Source: a virus
IMG/VR virus record: IMGVR_UViG_3300020439_000004
Coordinates: 32,001 to 96,000 of that record
Strand: one strand, 5' to 3'
DNA: 64,000 nt
The notes below the pieces were generated by a model. That model did no database searches. It saw only the letters and a program-made list of their open reading frames with translations, and was not told the origin of the DNA. Below, in pieces: positions 48,994-59,475 of this stretch (within the stretch, counting starts at the first letter, position 1; every line of letters begins with the position of its first letter). The position numbers and the translations under genes are program-made.

Positions 48994-49403
48994 TTTTCCT
49001 TTGCACAAATGGCAGAAAGAAAAAAATAGCAAACTCAGTAAAATATCTAATAGACTGGGATGCTGACTGTAAAAGCGGTATTCAAAAAACAGTAAAAAAT
49101 GTTTTATACGATAATTGGTTTGCTGATGTAGTCTTTGAAGAATTTCCAGTTGCAGGTACTAGGTTGACTTTTGATTTTTTTAATGCTACAAGAAATATAG
49201 CAGTTGAAGTTGATGGAAATCAGCATTATAAGTATAACAAATTTTTTCACTCTAATTCTAGACAAAACTTTTTGTCCCAACTCCAAAGAGATGAAAAAAA
49301 AGAATACTTTTGTGAAATTAATAACATAGAACTTATTAGGATTTTAGAGTCTGAAATAGTTGAAGGCAAATTCCCTGATAAAATTTTTTTAAATAGTATA
49401 TAA
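48990..49403 (+). CDS. DUF559/Vsr-like endonuclease
   Basis: FDFF...AVEVDGNQH...RDEKK...IELIRI. Confidence 0.75.
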   Translation: MIFLCTNGRKKKIANSVKYLIDWDADCKSGIQKTVKNVLYDNWFADVVFEEFPVAGTRLTFDFFNATRNIAVEVDGNQHYKYNKFFHSNSRQNFLSQLQRDEKKEYFCEINNIELIRILESEIVEGKFPDKIFLNSI

Positions 49404-49404
49404 T

Positions 49405-49629
49405 ATGTCTCTTGTTGAAGAAGAAAGCGCGTTACCACAATCTCTACTACAAAAACTTTATGATTCAACAGGGTCATCTACAGGAGGTAATAAAGGCTTT
49501 TTGCTTGTTTATGTAAACTCTGAAGGTGAACCTGTTATAAGCGGTAAAACAGAAAATTCTTGTGTAGAAATGGCTTTGACAAAGCTGTTAGAATTAAGCC
49601 TTAAAAATGATGAAAGTTTAAGTAGATGA
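49405..49629 (+). CDS. hypothetical protein
   Basis: 74-aa ORF coupled to the helicase gene. Confidence 0.65.
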   Translation: MSLVEEESALPQSLLQKLYDSTGSSTGGNKGFLLVYVNSEGEPVISGKTENSCVEMALTKLLELSLKNDESLSR

Positions 49630-51176
49630 TTAGCTCCCAAAGTTTAGAGAAAAATGTTTTAAGTTGCATACTCCAACACCAACATAAGTGGGAGGAGGTG
49701 GCCACTTATCTGAATGAAGATGATTTTTATAGTGAAGACTCTAAAGTTAATTGTTCTATATTTAAGTTGCTGAAACATTCTCTAGATAGTGCAGAAAGAA
49801 TAGATGAGCATATTCTAATAGAAAGATTAAAATCTTTAGGTGTTTCTTTTCCTGATAGCATTGATGTAAGTGAATATATCAGACAAATGGCATTTATACC
49901 AATCTCTGAAGATTTGCTATTGCCTAATGTAAAAGAGTTAAAAAAATATTCGGCAAGAAGGCATATATATAATGCTTGTGTGAAAGTGAGCAAATATGTC
50001 AAAAATATAGACCCTAATTTTAAATACTCAGAGATTATAGATCAGTGTGATAAAATTTATAATACTGAGCTTCAAAATTTTGAGGGTGGAGAAACTGAAA
50101 CCCAAAACTTGTTTGAGTTAATGGTTCCTGTTATTGAAGAACGTGGAGAAAACCCAAAGCAAGAGTTTGGAATGATGGGTCCACATAAAAGAATAAATGA
50201 GATATATGGGTCTTTGCTTCTAGCAGGAAATATTTCAGTGATAGTGGCGAGATCAGGTGTTGGTAAAACTAATTTCTGCATGGATTTCACCACTAAAGTT
50301 TCCAAGCAATATAATGTTCCTGTAGTTCATTTTGACAATGGAGAGATGAGTGAAGAAGAGTTGATTTTTAGGCAAGCTTCAGCATTAACAGGATTACCTA
50401 TTTGGCTTTTTCAAACTGGTGACTGGAGAAGTCATTCATACAATGGTATACCTGCTGAAGAGATAACAAAAAAAGTCAGAGACACTCTTGATGAAGTTAA
50501 GAATATGAAATTCTACTATGAGAACGTTGCAGGAATGACCCCTGATGAAATGTGTTCTTTATTAAAGAGATTGTACTATACAAAAGTTGGAAGAGGCAAC
50601 CCTATGATTTTCAGCTTTGATTACATTAAAAGTGATTTTTCTAAGATGGGAGATAGCCCATGGCAACAAGTTTCTTACATGGTACATAGGTTCAAGCAAG
50701 CGATACATAGAGAATTATGTTTTGAAGGCAATCCTTGTGTATCTATGATTACTTCTGTTCAAGCAAATAGATTTGGAATTACAAATAACAGGGGTGCTGA
50801 TACTATAGTTGATGATGAAAGTGTTGTATCTCTTTCTGATGGCATTACGCAATTTTGTTCTCACTTATTTCTTCTTCGCAAAAAAGTTGTAGAGGAAATG
50901 AATCAAGATGGAGCTGATAGAGGAACTCATAAATTAATAAATTTAAAATCAAGACATTTAGGTAAAAATCCACTCAGAGCAATCAATGATGTTGAAATGC
51001 TTGATGGCTCTAAGCAAAGAAACTATATAAATTTAGAGTTTAGAAATTTTGCTGTTAAAGAGAAGGGTGATCTGCAAGACATTGTTGACGCACAATCAGG
51101 GGCTAATGTAAACGTCGTTACAAATAACGGAGAAGAAGTTCCAATGACATTAAGGGCTTCAAATCTTTTTGATTAA
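49626..51176 (+). CDS. dnaB: replicative DnaB-like helicase
   Basis: ARSGVGKT, DNGEMS, FDYI, QANR. Confidence 0.9.
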   Translation: MISSQSLEKNVLSCILQHQHKWEEVATYLNEDDFYSEDSKVNCSIFKLLKHSLDSAERIDEHILIERLKSLGVSFPDSIDVSEYIRQMAFIPISEDLLLPNVKELKKYSARRHIYNACVKVSKYVKNIDPNFKYSEIIDQCDKIYNTELQNFEGGETETQNLFELMVPVIEERGENPKQEFGMMGPHKRINEIYGSLLLAGNISVIVARSGVGKTNFCMDFTTKVSKQYNVPVVHFDNGEMSEEELIFRQASALTGLPIWLFQTGDWRSHSYNGIPAEEITKKVRDTLDEVKNMKFYYENVAGMTPDEMCSLLKRLYYTKVGRGNPMIFSFDYIKSDFSKMGDSPWQQVSYMVHRFKQAIHRELCFEGNPCVSMITSVQANRFGITNNRGADTIVDDESVVSLSDGITQFCSHLFLLRKKVVEEMNQDGADRGTHKLINLKSRHLGKNPLRAINDVEMLDGSKQRNYINLEFRNFAVKEKGDLQDIVDAQSGANVNVVTNNGEEVPMTLRASNLFD

Positions 51177-52213
51177 TGAGCTATAAAGATATCTTAGAAA
51201 ACTTAGGCTACAAACTCAGTGACCATGGAAGTTACTGGAGGACTAACGCTCTGTATAGATCTGGTGATAATTCTACAGCTTTGCAAATTTATAAGGATTC
51301 TGGAGTTTGGAAAGACTATGTTGAGGATAGTATGTTCCTACCATTTGAAGTTCTTGTTCAAAAAACAACAAAAACGTCTAATGTAAAATCTATCTTAAAA
51401 GACTTAAAAACAACAAGCTTAAGTGTAAAAACTGAGAAAAACCTATTGAAAGAAGAAAAAACATATGACCCTATCTGTCTTAAAAGGCTACTCCCTCATT
51501 ATGATTTTTATTTAAATAAAAATATCTCAAAACAGACACTTTTAGATTTTAAATGCGGATTAGCTCATTCTGGACCTATGTACCAAAGAATGGTTTTTCC
51601 AATATTTAGAGATGATAAAAGAATTCATGGGTTCTCTGGCAGGAAAATAACCAATGACGATAGGCCAAAATGGTTACACAAGGGCAAAACTGCAAATTGG
51701 TTTTATCCTTATTTTACTATTGATGAAGTTGAGGAACAAATAAATCTAAAAAAACAAGTTCATATAGTAGAGTCTATAGGAGATTGCATGGCTCTTTATA
51801 ATTGTGGGATAAAAAACGTTTTAGTTTCTTTTGGTTTGAATATGTCTCCTAAATTTATTGCAAGATTGGCAGCTTTAAATTTACAAAACATTTATATCTC
51901 TTATAATAATGATAGTGATTCAGAAAGGAACAGAGGTTTTGAAGGTGCAGTTAAATCCATCTTTAAACTTTCAGATGCTGTAGATTTTGACAGGATTTAT
52001 TTCTGTCCTCCTGACAGCAATGATTTTGGAGATATGACAAAAGAGCAAATATATTTTTACGAGGATAGGTGTTTTTCTGCCGATCATCAAACCTCTATGC
52101 ATAAAGTTATATCAATCGCAGAAGAGATGGATAAGAAAGGGATAAATAAATCTTTTTCTCAGTCTCTAAAGAAACTGAAGAAAAAATATAAATTTTATTA
52201 TGGGCGACTATGA
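51176..52213 (+). CDS. DNA primase (TOPRIM)
   Basis: RMVFPI..GFSGR, PKW, IVESIGD, YNND, DFGD. Confidence 0.85.
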   Translation: MSYKDILENLGYKLSDHGSYWRTNALYRSGDNSTALQIYKDSGVWKDYVEDSMFLPFEVLVQKTTKTSNVKSILKDLKTTSLSVKTEKNLLKEEKTYDPICLKRLLPHYDFYLNKNISKQTLLDFKCGLAHSGPMYQRMVFPIFRDDKRIHGFSGRKITNDDRPKWLHKGKTANWFYPYFTIDEVEEQINLKKQVHIVESIGDCMALYNCGIKNVLVSFGLNMSPKFIARLAALNLQNIYISYNNDSDSERNRGFEGAVKSIFKLSDAVDFDRIYFCPPDSNDFGDMTKEQIYFYEDRCFSADHQTSMHKVISIAEEMDKKGINKSFSQSLKKLKKKYKFYYGRL

Positions 52214-53240
52214 AAACAAACCGTTATCAGCGTCTAGAATAAAAACATTACAAACTTGTTCTTGGCAATACTGGTGCAAATATCACTTAAAACTTCCTGA
52301 TAGATCAAACGAAGGAAGTCTGCGAGGTACTATATGTCATGCCATTTTTGAAAATCTTGGCAACCCAAGACATAAAAAACACTATACAAGAATAATTAAA
52401 ACTCAAAACACTTACGCTTCTCCACCTATCAAAAGGATGGTTGAAGCTTATGCTAAAAAACATGGCATAGACGATTTTGAAAATATGGATCTTATTAACA
52501 GAATGACTGTTGAAGGGTTGAATTGTGATTTTTTTGGAGCTAAAGATGGGAAACCTACAGAGTCTATAAGTGAAAAAGATTTTGATATTTCTATAACAGA
52601 AGATGGTAAAAATTACAGAATCCTAGGATTTATAGATAAGTTGTTTCTTTTCAAGCGGAAAAGTTTAGCAATAATTAGAGACTTTAAAACATCTAAGCAA
52701 ATGTTTTCTGGCAAAGATTATACAGACAACATTCAAAACTTAATGTACTGCTTGGCTGTTAAACACCTTTATCCAGACTTTCTTAAAAGACAGATGGAGT
52801 TTTTGTTTTTAAAGTTTGATTGCAATAACGAAGGTATGATGAGGATGGAAAACTTAAATGAGGAGGAGTTAGAAGGGTTTGAATATTTTCTTACAGAGGT
52901 TCAAGAAATTATTAATAATTTTAATTCAGATTCTGCGACTAAAAATTTAGCATACAATAAAGGTTATCTAGGTAGAGATGATGGCTTTGCTGGTAGAGTT
53001 GTCTGCGGCAGAGCAGATTATGCAGGTCAATTAAAAAGGGATGGAACTTTAATGTGGCATTGCCCTTTTAAGTTTCCAAAGAAGTTTTATGTGCTTAAAG
53101 ATAAAGATGGGGAGGTGATATCTTCATCTGAGGATAAAAATGTATTGCAAGAGAAAAAGACAGATGAGCAGGATATAGAAATGAGAAATTATGATGGTTG
53201 TCCTGCTTTTTCTTTTGACAACACTGATGACTTACTTTAA
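52200..53240 (+). CDS. PD-(D/E)XK exonuclease (RecB/Cas4-like)
   Basis: LSASRI..C, GTICH, GFIDKL, DFKTSK, Q..MY. Confidence 0.82.
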   Translation: MGDYENKPLSASRIKTLQTCSWQYWCKYHLKLPDRSNEGSLRGTICHAIFENLGNPRHKKHYTRIIKTQNTYASPPIKRMVEAYAKKHGIDDFENMDLINRMTVEGLNCDFFGAKDGKPTESISEKDFDISITEDGKNYRILGFIDKLFLFKRKSLAIIRDFKTSKQMFSGKDYTDNIQNLMYCLAVKHLYPDFLKRQMEFLFLKFDCNNEGMMRMENLNEEELEGFEYFLTEVQEIINNFNSDSATKNLAYNKGYLGRDDGFAGRVVCGRADYAGQLKRDGTLMWHCPFKFPKKFYVLKDKDGEVISSSEDKNVLQEKKTDEQDIEMRNYDGCPAFSFDNTDDLL

Positions 53241-53243
53241 GAT
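53215..53243 (+). promoter_or_regulatory. sigma70 promoter TTGACA-17-TAAGAT, leaderless GTG 53250
   Basis: 6 nt before the GTG. Confidence 0.65.
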
Positions 53244-53249
53244 TTAAAA

Positions 53250-53951
53250 GTGATCATTCCACTTTTTAAAACTAGCTACAGCATAGGTAAATCTTTATTA
53301 AGAATTGAAGATATCATAACCATAGCTCAAGACAATAAACTAAAGAAAGTTACATTAGTTGAAGATAACTTCTATGGATTTAGAGCTGCTAATTCTGCCT
53401 TTCTTCATGCAGATATTCCTATGGTTTATGGAGTAAGAATCCCAGTCTTTCAAAGTGAATCAGAAAGATCAAGTAAACTTGTATTTTTTGCAAAAAACAA
53501 TAGAGGTTTAAATAATCTTAGAAATTTATATAGTAAATCAAAATTAAGTGCTTTAGAAGTTTTAAATATTTCTAATATAGAAGATTCAGAACTGGAAGAT
53601 ATAAAAATAGGAGTGCCTTTTTACGATTCCTATATTTATAATAACATTTTTCATTTTGGTTTGTGTGATCTAAATTTAGACGGCTATGATCATTTTTACA
53701 TGGAAGAGGATAATAATCATCCCTTTGATTTTCAAATTAAAGAAAAGCTTAAAAACTTAAATATCAAAACACAAAAAACAAAAACAATCTATTATAGAAA
53801 TAGAGAAGACTTTGAAGCTTTCCAAATGTACAAAGCTGTATGTGCAAGAAAGCAAGGAAAAGTCCCAACTTATAGTAAGCCAAATCTGAATGACTTTTGC
53901 TCAGATGATTTTTGCTTTGAATCATATTTAGAAAATAATGCTTCCATATAA
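53250..53951 (+). CDS. stand-alone PHP domain of DNA Pol III alpha (metal ligands degenerate)
   Basis: FKTSYSIGKSLL..., LVFFAKNNRGLNNL match the DnaE N-terminus but lack HxH. Confidence 0.78.
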   Translation: MIIPLFKTSYSIGKSLLRIEDIITIAQDNKLKKVTLVEDNFYGFRAANSAFLHADIPMVYGVRIPVFQSESERSSKLVFFAKNNRGLNNLRNLYSKSKLSALEVLNISNIEDSELEDIKIGVPFYDSYIYNNIFHFGLCDLNLDGYDHFYMEEDNNHPFDFQIKEKLKNLNIKTQKTKTIYYRNREDFEAFQMYKAVCARKQGKVPTYSKPNLNDFCSDDFCFESYLENNASI

Positions 53952-54552
53952 TCAAAAATATTTAGTTGTAGACACTGAGACTGAAGGTCTTAATTTACAT
54001 TCTTCTAAAGCTTGGCAACTCTCTTGGATTGTTTGTCAAGGCAATAAAATTTTAGAAGAACATGACGAGTTTATAGCACATAAAAATTTAAACATCCCAG
54101 AGGTTGTTAAAAAAATGACTGGATTTAATTGGGATAAGTATAATCAAAAATCTAAATCTCTTTCGAAGGTTTGGTCTAAATTTGAAAGCTATTTATATGA
54201 CCCAAAATATATTATAGTAGGTCAAAATTTATTGGGGTTTGATGTTTATATGTTGGCTCTTTTACAAAAAATGTTAGGTCAACAACCTGACTACTCTTAT
54301 TTACCTAGAATTTATGACACAAGAGCTTTGGCTAAAGCATATAGAGAAAACCTTGATAAACCAAAAGATAATTTCCTAAGTTGGCAGTATAAAATCATTA
54401 ACAATAGAAGCTTGAAAGCTAAAGTGTCTCAAGGCACTTTATTAAAATTCTTTGACATTGACCACGATGAGTCTAAATTACATGACGCTCTTTATGACAT
54501 AAAAAAATGTTTTGAAGTCTTTTGTGAGTTAAAAAGAAGAATGGATTTATGA
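53938..54552 (+). CDS. DEDDh 3'-5' exonuclease (DnaQ/epsilon-like)
   Basis: VDTETEG, GQNLLGFD, LHDALYD. Confidence 0.88.
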   Translation: MLPYNQKYLVVDTETEGLNLHSSKAWQLSWIVCQGNKILEEHDEFIAHKNLNIPEVVKKMTGFNWDKYNQKSKSLSKVWSKFESYLYDPKYIIVGQNLLGFDVYMLALLQKMLGQQPDYSYLPRIYDTRALAKAYRENLDKPKDNFLSWQYKIINNRSLKAKVSQGTLLKFFDIDHDESKLHDALYDIKKCFEVFCELKRRMDL

Positions 54553-57131
54553 TTTTTGATGACTGTACCATATACGATGACTGTGAACCAGCAGGAGTAG
54601 AGCTTCCAAAGACCATTGTTAAATCGAGCAAACTCAAAGAAATAGGCTTAAATGCTGATAGCTCGACAAAAGAGATTTTATACGAACTTGCTCGAAAGGG
54701 TTTAAGAGAAAAGGGTATTACTAAGTATAAAAATAAAGATGTTTACTTTGAAAGAACTAAACAGGAATTAGAAACATTTGAAGAGTTAGGATTCACTGAT
54801 TATATATTACTTAACTGGGATGTTTTAAATTTTTGCCACGATAATAAAATACCGACTGGAGCGGGTCGAGGTTCTGCGGCAGGTTCCCTTGTATTATACT
54901 TACTAGGAGTAACTAATATTGACCCTATTCCTAATAGTTTATTTTTTGAGAGATTTGTATCAAAATCTAGAGCTAAAAAAGTTACAGATAAAAAGGGTAA
55001 AGAATTTCTTGTGGGTAGTCTTTTGCCTGATGTTGACTCTGATATTTCATATGACCAAAGACATAAAGTTATATCTTATATAGAAAAACAACACGAAGGA
55101 AGGACAGCTAAAATATTAACATTTAATACTTTTAGTTCAAAACTTTGCATTAAAGAGGCGGCAAAATATTTTGATGAGGCTTCTGAGGAACGGGCGATGA
55201 GGATTTCAGATTCTATACCTAAACTTCATGGACAGGTCTTGCCTCTTGAAACTGCTTTTGTAGAAAGTGATAAATTTAGAGAGTGGGCGAGAGAGCATCA
55301 TCATACTTATAAAAATGCGCTGAAGGTACAAGGATTACCGAAAAATACTGGGGTTCATCCCTCTGGTATTGCAATTTGTTCTCAAAAAATATCAGATGTA
55401 GTTCCTCTTCAAAAAACTAAAGATGGAGATCTTGTCACTGGCTACAATATGGATGATGTCGCAGACCTGATGGTTAAGTTTGATATCTTGGGATTGAGAA
55501 CTTTAACAATCGCTCATAAATGCTGTGAAAAAGTTAATATAGATATAGATGACATTGACCCTAATGATGATTTTATATATGAAAAGCTTCAAGATTTTAA
55601 ACATCCAGCAGGTTTGTTTCAAATTTCTGCTGAGACAAACTATAGAGTTTGCAAGGATGTAAAGCCTGAAAATTTAACAGAGTTATCTGACGTTATAGCT
55701 TTAGCTAGACCTGCGGCATTAGAGCATGTGCAGACATATATACAGCAAAAAAGAGCTTTAACTGAGCTAAACTTACATCCAGAGCTAGATAAGATTCTTT
55801 CATGGTCTAAAAACGTAATCTTATTTCAAGAGCAGATTATGCAAATAGCTAATAAAGTTTTTGGGTTTACTTTAGAAGAAGCGGAAACGCTTAGAAGAAT
55901 AGTTGGAAAGAAAAAAGTTGATCAAATGCCTCAATGGCGACAAAAGATTTTTGATGCCGCAGAAGAAAAAGGTTTAGATGAAAGAGTAGCAGAGTTTTAT
56001 TGGGTGTCACTAGAAGCTTCTGCACACTATTCTTTTAATAAATCTCATAGCTTTGCTTATGCTGATTTGGCAGCTAAAACTATCTACCTTAAATATAAAT
56101 ATCCGCAAGAATTCTTTTTGTCTATACTAGAGTGTTCTGAATTTGAGCCAGATCCATTAGAAACCATTAGCTTAGTTAGCCAAGAATTAAAATCATTTAA
56201 AATAGATTTATTGCCACCATGTTTATATAAATCAGACTTTGATTTTAAAATAGAAGGCAGAAATATTAGATATGGGTTGAAATCTATAAAAGGTGTTTCA
56301 GATAAAAACTTAAAAAGCTTAATTGATTTTAGAGGTTTTCAATTTAATGACCGATATGAAATCTTTGTTGCCGCTAAAGAATGTGGTATTCCTATAAATG
56401 TTTTGTCTTCTTTGATACAAGCAGGATTAATGGACAATACGTCTGAGGACAATCCTATTTCAAGAAGCAAATTAGTTTTGCAAGCTCAGTCTTTTAATCT
56501 TTTAACTGACAGAGAAAAAAGAAACTTTTCTAGATTAGCGCCAAGATTGGGATTCAACATATTAAAAGCCATACAACAGGCTTTATTTAATAAAATTCTA
56601 GCTGATGACGGAAAAATATTAATAAAGGAAAGTAGATTCAATACCTTTCGCTCTAAATATGACAGGTATAGAGATATTTATTATAAAAATAAAGACCATG
56701 AAAAATTTGCGTCTTGGACTTTTGAGAATAGCCTTTTAGGGTTTTCATATTCATACGACTTAAAACAATGTTTTGAGGATGATGACGATGTAGATAATTT
56801 ACATTACTTGTCTGACATTGAAGATTTAGGAGACAGAACAAGGTTTTGTTCTATATGTTTAGTAAAGGACTTCTTCACAAAGGAATCTCAAGCTGGCAAT
56901 AAATATATGATCATGACTTTATCTGATAATACAGCCACAAAGAATATGATGTTTATAGATGGCAGAGATAATGAGAAGTTTAGTGACTTTATGAGTTCAA
57001 ATAAACTAAAGAAAAATGACGTAGTCCACTTGACTGCGAGTAAATCCAATAATACTATTTTCATTGACGAATTAAAAATAAAAGGCCCAGAGATATACAT
57101 GTATAAGAGGCAAGTTAAAAAGAAAAAATAG
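54549..57131 (+). CDS. dnaE: DNA polymerase III alpha catalytic subunit (lacks PHP)
   Basis: GRGSAAGS, FERF, PDVDSD, GVHPSG, KFDILGL, YSFNKSH, C-terminal OB fold. Confidence 0.93.
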   Translation: MIFDDCTIYDDCEPAGVELPKTIVKSSKLKEIGLNADSSTKEILYELARKGLREKGITKYKNKDVYFERTKQELETFEELGFTDYILLNWDVLNFCHDNKIPTGAGRGSAAGSLVLYLLGVTNIDPIPNSLFFERFVSKSRAKKVTDKKGKEFLVGSLLPDVDSDISYDQRHKVISYIEKQHEGRTAKILTFNTFSSKLCIKEAAKYFDEASEERAMRISDSIPKLHGQVLPLETAFVESDKFREWAREHHHTYKNALKVQGLPKNTGVHPSGIAICSQKISDVVPLQKTKDGDLVTGYNMDDVADLMVKFDILGLRTLTIAHKCCEKVNIDIDDIDPNDDFIYEKLQDFKHPAGLFQISAETNYRVCKDVKPENLTELSDVIALARPAALEHVQTYIQQKRALTELNLHPELDKILSWSKNVILFQEQIMQIANKVFGFTLEEAETLRRIVGKKKVDQMPQWRQKIFDAAEEKGLDERVAEFYWVSLEASAHYSFNKSHSFAYADLAAKTIYLKYKYPQEFFLSILECSEFEPDPLETISLVSQELKSFKIDLLPPCLYKSDFDFKIEGRNIRYGLKSIKGVSDKNLKSLIDFRGFQFNDRYEIFVAAKECGIPINVLSSLIQAGLMDNTSEDNPISRSKLVLQAQSFNLLTDREKRNFSRLAPRLGFNILKAIQQALFNKILADDGKILIKESRFNTFRSKYDRYRDIYYKNKDHEKFASWTFENSLLGFSYSYDLKQCFEDDDDVDNLHYLSDIEDLGDRTRFCSICLVKDFFTKESQAGNKYMIMTLSDNTATKNMMFIDGRDNEKFSDFMSSNKLKKNDVVHLTASKSNNTIFIDELKIKGPEIYMYKRQVKKKK

Positions 57132-59453
57132 ATGGTTCAATTACCCTTTACTCCACATATAGAAGGTGTTCTTCAGAAGTCTAAAGATTTATCTGTAATC
57201 TTAGAAAGAAACGGCGTTGATTTAGATATATTGTTTCACTGTTTTATTAGTGACTTGAGTTTATCTTGCATTTCTATATTTAAGAAAATTGGAGTGGATG
57301 GAGGTGAACTGATAAAAGACTCAAGAAATATTTTACATAAAAAGAGAAAAAACAAAAATATATCTGATAAGTTCAAAACAGATGCTAGAAAGTTTTTAAA
57401 GTTTTGCGAGAAGCTTTGTAAAGACACTTACTCTTTGGATTATATTCCGCCAGAGGTAATGTTGATGAATTTTTTTGATGAACAATTCACCCCTAAAGTT
57501 CTAAAAGAGTCTTTTCCAGAAGGAGTAGAAGCTGCTGATAGCGTAAGGTTTGGCATAGTTGCAGAATGTGCTTTAGTTATAAAAGACTTTGAAGCAGAAA
57601 AGATAGAATCAAGACTAAAAGAGCTTGAGGAGACTCCTGACAACTGGATAGACATGTTTGACAATAATGAAATATTGTCTCAGTTTGCAGAGAATCTTAA
57701 TGCAAAAGCGGCGGCTGGTGAATTTGATAAGATTGTAGACTATGATGGGAAGATTGATGAGCTTGCAACTATTTTGTGTCGCAAAAAGAAACCAAATGCG
57801 ATATTGGTTGGCCCTGCTGGCACTGGCAAAACTTCATTAGTAGAAGGGTTAGCAACAAAAATAGCAGCAGGAGATGCTCCAGAGCTTATAGCTAATAAAG
57901 TAATTTATTCTGTTAGTTTATCTAGCATGGTTGCTGGTACTGAGTACAGAGGTCAATTTGAAAAGCGGCTAGAAGATTTTGTAAATGAAGCTAAAAAATA
58001 TACAAACTTAATTTTATTTATAGATGAGATACACACTTTGATTGGAGCAGGGGGAGCTAATAACAATTCTCTTGAAGCTTCTAATATTCTAAAGCCAGAA
58101 TTGGCTAGAGGAACAATAAGTTGTATCGGTGCTACAACTATAAATGAGTATACAAACACAATAAAGAAAGATACTGCTCTTGATAGAAGATTTGAAAGGG
58201 TTGTAGTAAAAGAGCCTTCTAAGTTTCAGATGGAGGAGATTTTACCTACTATTGTTTCTTATTATGAAACATTTCATGGTGTGGAATATAGCGATGAATT
58301 TTTAAATAACATCATAAAATATTGTGAAAAATATACTCCAAATAAATATTACCCAGATAAAGCTATTGATGTTATAGATCATTGTGGCGCTCAAGCAAAA
58401 GTTACATATTGGGATGTAAAACCATCTATCAAAGAAATGCAGACAGAGATAGTTGAATCTGCACTTCATCCAGAAAAAGATCATTCTGCTTTAATAGAGA
58501 AGCTTAATAAAAGTTTGGAAAAATGGGTTGAGTCTGATGAAACTGCAAATAAACCAGAGGTAACCCGTTTTCACTTAAAAGAATTTTTTGATAGAAAGGT
58601 CAATCCTTTAAATAAAAAAAATAAAATAAATAAAGTGTTTGATTGTTTTTCTAAATCTTTTGTAGGTCAAGCAGATATCCTAGAAGAGTTAAAACATGAA
58701 ATTATTTTAAGTAGTATTGGTGTTAGAACTACTAGAAAATTTTCTACTCCAGAATGTTACGTTATCAGCGGTGAAGAATCTAGTGGTAAATCGCTGTTTT
58801 GTGAGCTATTAGAAGACTCTCTACAAAAGCATGGAGTAAATGTTTTATCTTATAATGGTATTCATTTTTCAGATAATTTTTCTCCACATAAAATTGCATC
58901 CTCCCAAGGTAACAACACTTCAATATGCGAAAAGATTGTTATAACTCCTAATAGTGTTTTAATTATAGATGACTTTCATAAGATAGATAAAACTGCTGTA
59001 CCTATTTTTAATCAGATACTTAAAGAGGGTAAGATTCAGATGAATAATGGAGATGTTGCAGATTTTTCAAATTGTAAAATCTTTTTAACAAGCTGCTTAT
59101 CTCACACTAGTCAACTTGGCTTCAATATAGAAAGATCCCGCAATGATGACCCCCTCATACATAAAGATATTTATTCTTTGGTTAAGAACTCTTTTATTTT
59201 AAATGAATTAAAAACAAAAGATTTGCGTAGAATTTTATGGAACAAACTTAGAAACATAAAGGCTAATTTAGAAGACAATGGGGTCTATTTAGATTTTACT
59301 GTTAAATATATTTCTAATAATGTAGAAAAGATAAAAGATGAAGCGTCTCCGATTAAAAGCTTGAATGAATTAGTAGCATCAAAGATTAAGCCATTCATCT
59401 CTGAATGTATCTCTAATGGTAATGATAAAATAAAACTTTTTGTTGAAAAATAA
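57132..59453 (+). CDS. ClpA/ClpC-like AAA+ chaperone with degenerate second ring
   Basis: GPAGTGKT, AGTEYRGQFEKR, FIDEIH, GATTINEY, PDKAIDVID; second domain GEESSGKS / IDDFHK. Confidence 0.9.
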   Translation: MVQLPFTPHIEGVLQKSKDLSVILERNGVDLDILFHCFISDLSLSCISIFKKIGVDGGELIKDSRNILHKKRKNKNISDKFKTDARKFLKFCEKLCKDTYSLDYIPPEVMLMNFFDEQFTPKVLKESFPEGVEAADSVRFGIVAECALVIKDFEAEKIESRLKELEETPDNWIDMFDNNEILSQFAENLNAKAAAGEFDKIVDYDGKIDELATILCRKKKPNAILVGPAGTGKTSLVEGLATKIAAGDAPELIANKVIYSVSLSSMVAGTEYRGQFEKRLEDFVNEAKKYTNLILFIDEIHTLIGAGGANNNSLEASNILKPELARGTISCIGATTINEYTNTIKKDTALDRRFERVVVKEPSKFQMEEILPTIVSYYETFHGVEYSDEFLNNIIKYCEKYTPNKYYPDKAIDVIDHCGAQAKVTYWDVKPSIKEMQTEIVESALHPEKDHSALIEKLNKSLEKWVESDETANKPEVTRFHLKEFFDRKVNPLNKKNKINKVFDCFSKSFVGQADILEELKHEIILSSIGVRTTRKFSTPECYVISGEESSGKSLFCELLEDSLQKHGVNVLSYNGIHFSDNFSPHKIASSQGNNTSICEKIVITPNSVLIIDDFHKIDKTAVPIFNQILKEGKIQMNNGDVADFSNCKIFLTSCLSHTSQLGFNIERSRNDDPLIHKDIYSLVKNSFILNELKTKDLRRILWNKLRNIKANLEDNGVYLDFTVKYISNNVEKIKDEASPIKSLNELVASKIKPFISECISNGNDKIKLFVEK

Positions 59454-59475
59454 AATTATTAGTAGATCATAAAGT

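Noticed and set aside
52200-53240. Cas4 / CRISPR adaptation gene
   Set aside because: lies in the primase-polymerase operon; such PD-(D/E)XK exonucleases are common phage replication genes
4167-58484. numerous 60-140-aa antisense or alternate-frame ORFs inside long genes
   Set aside because: no promoter or start context and composition typical of reverse-frame shadows
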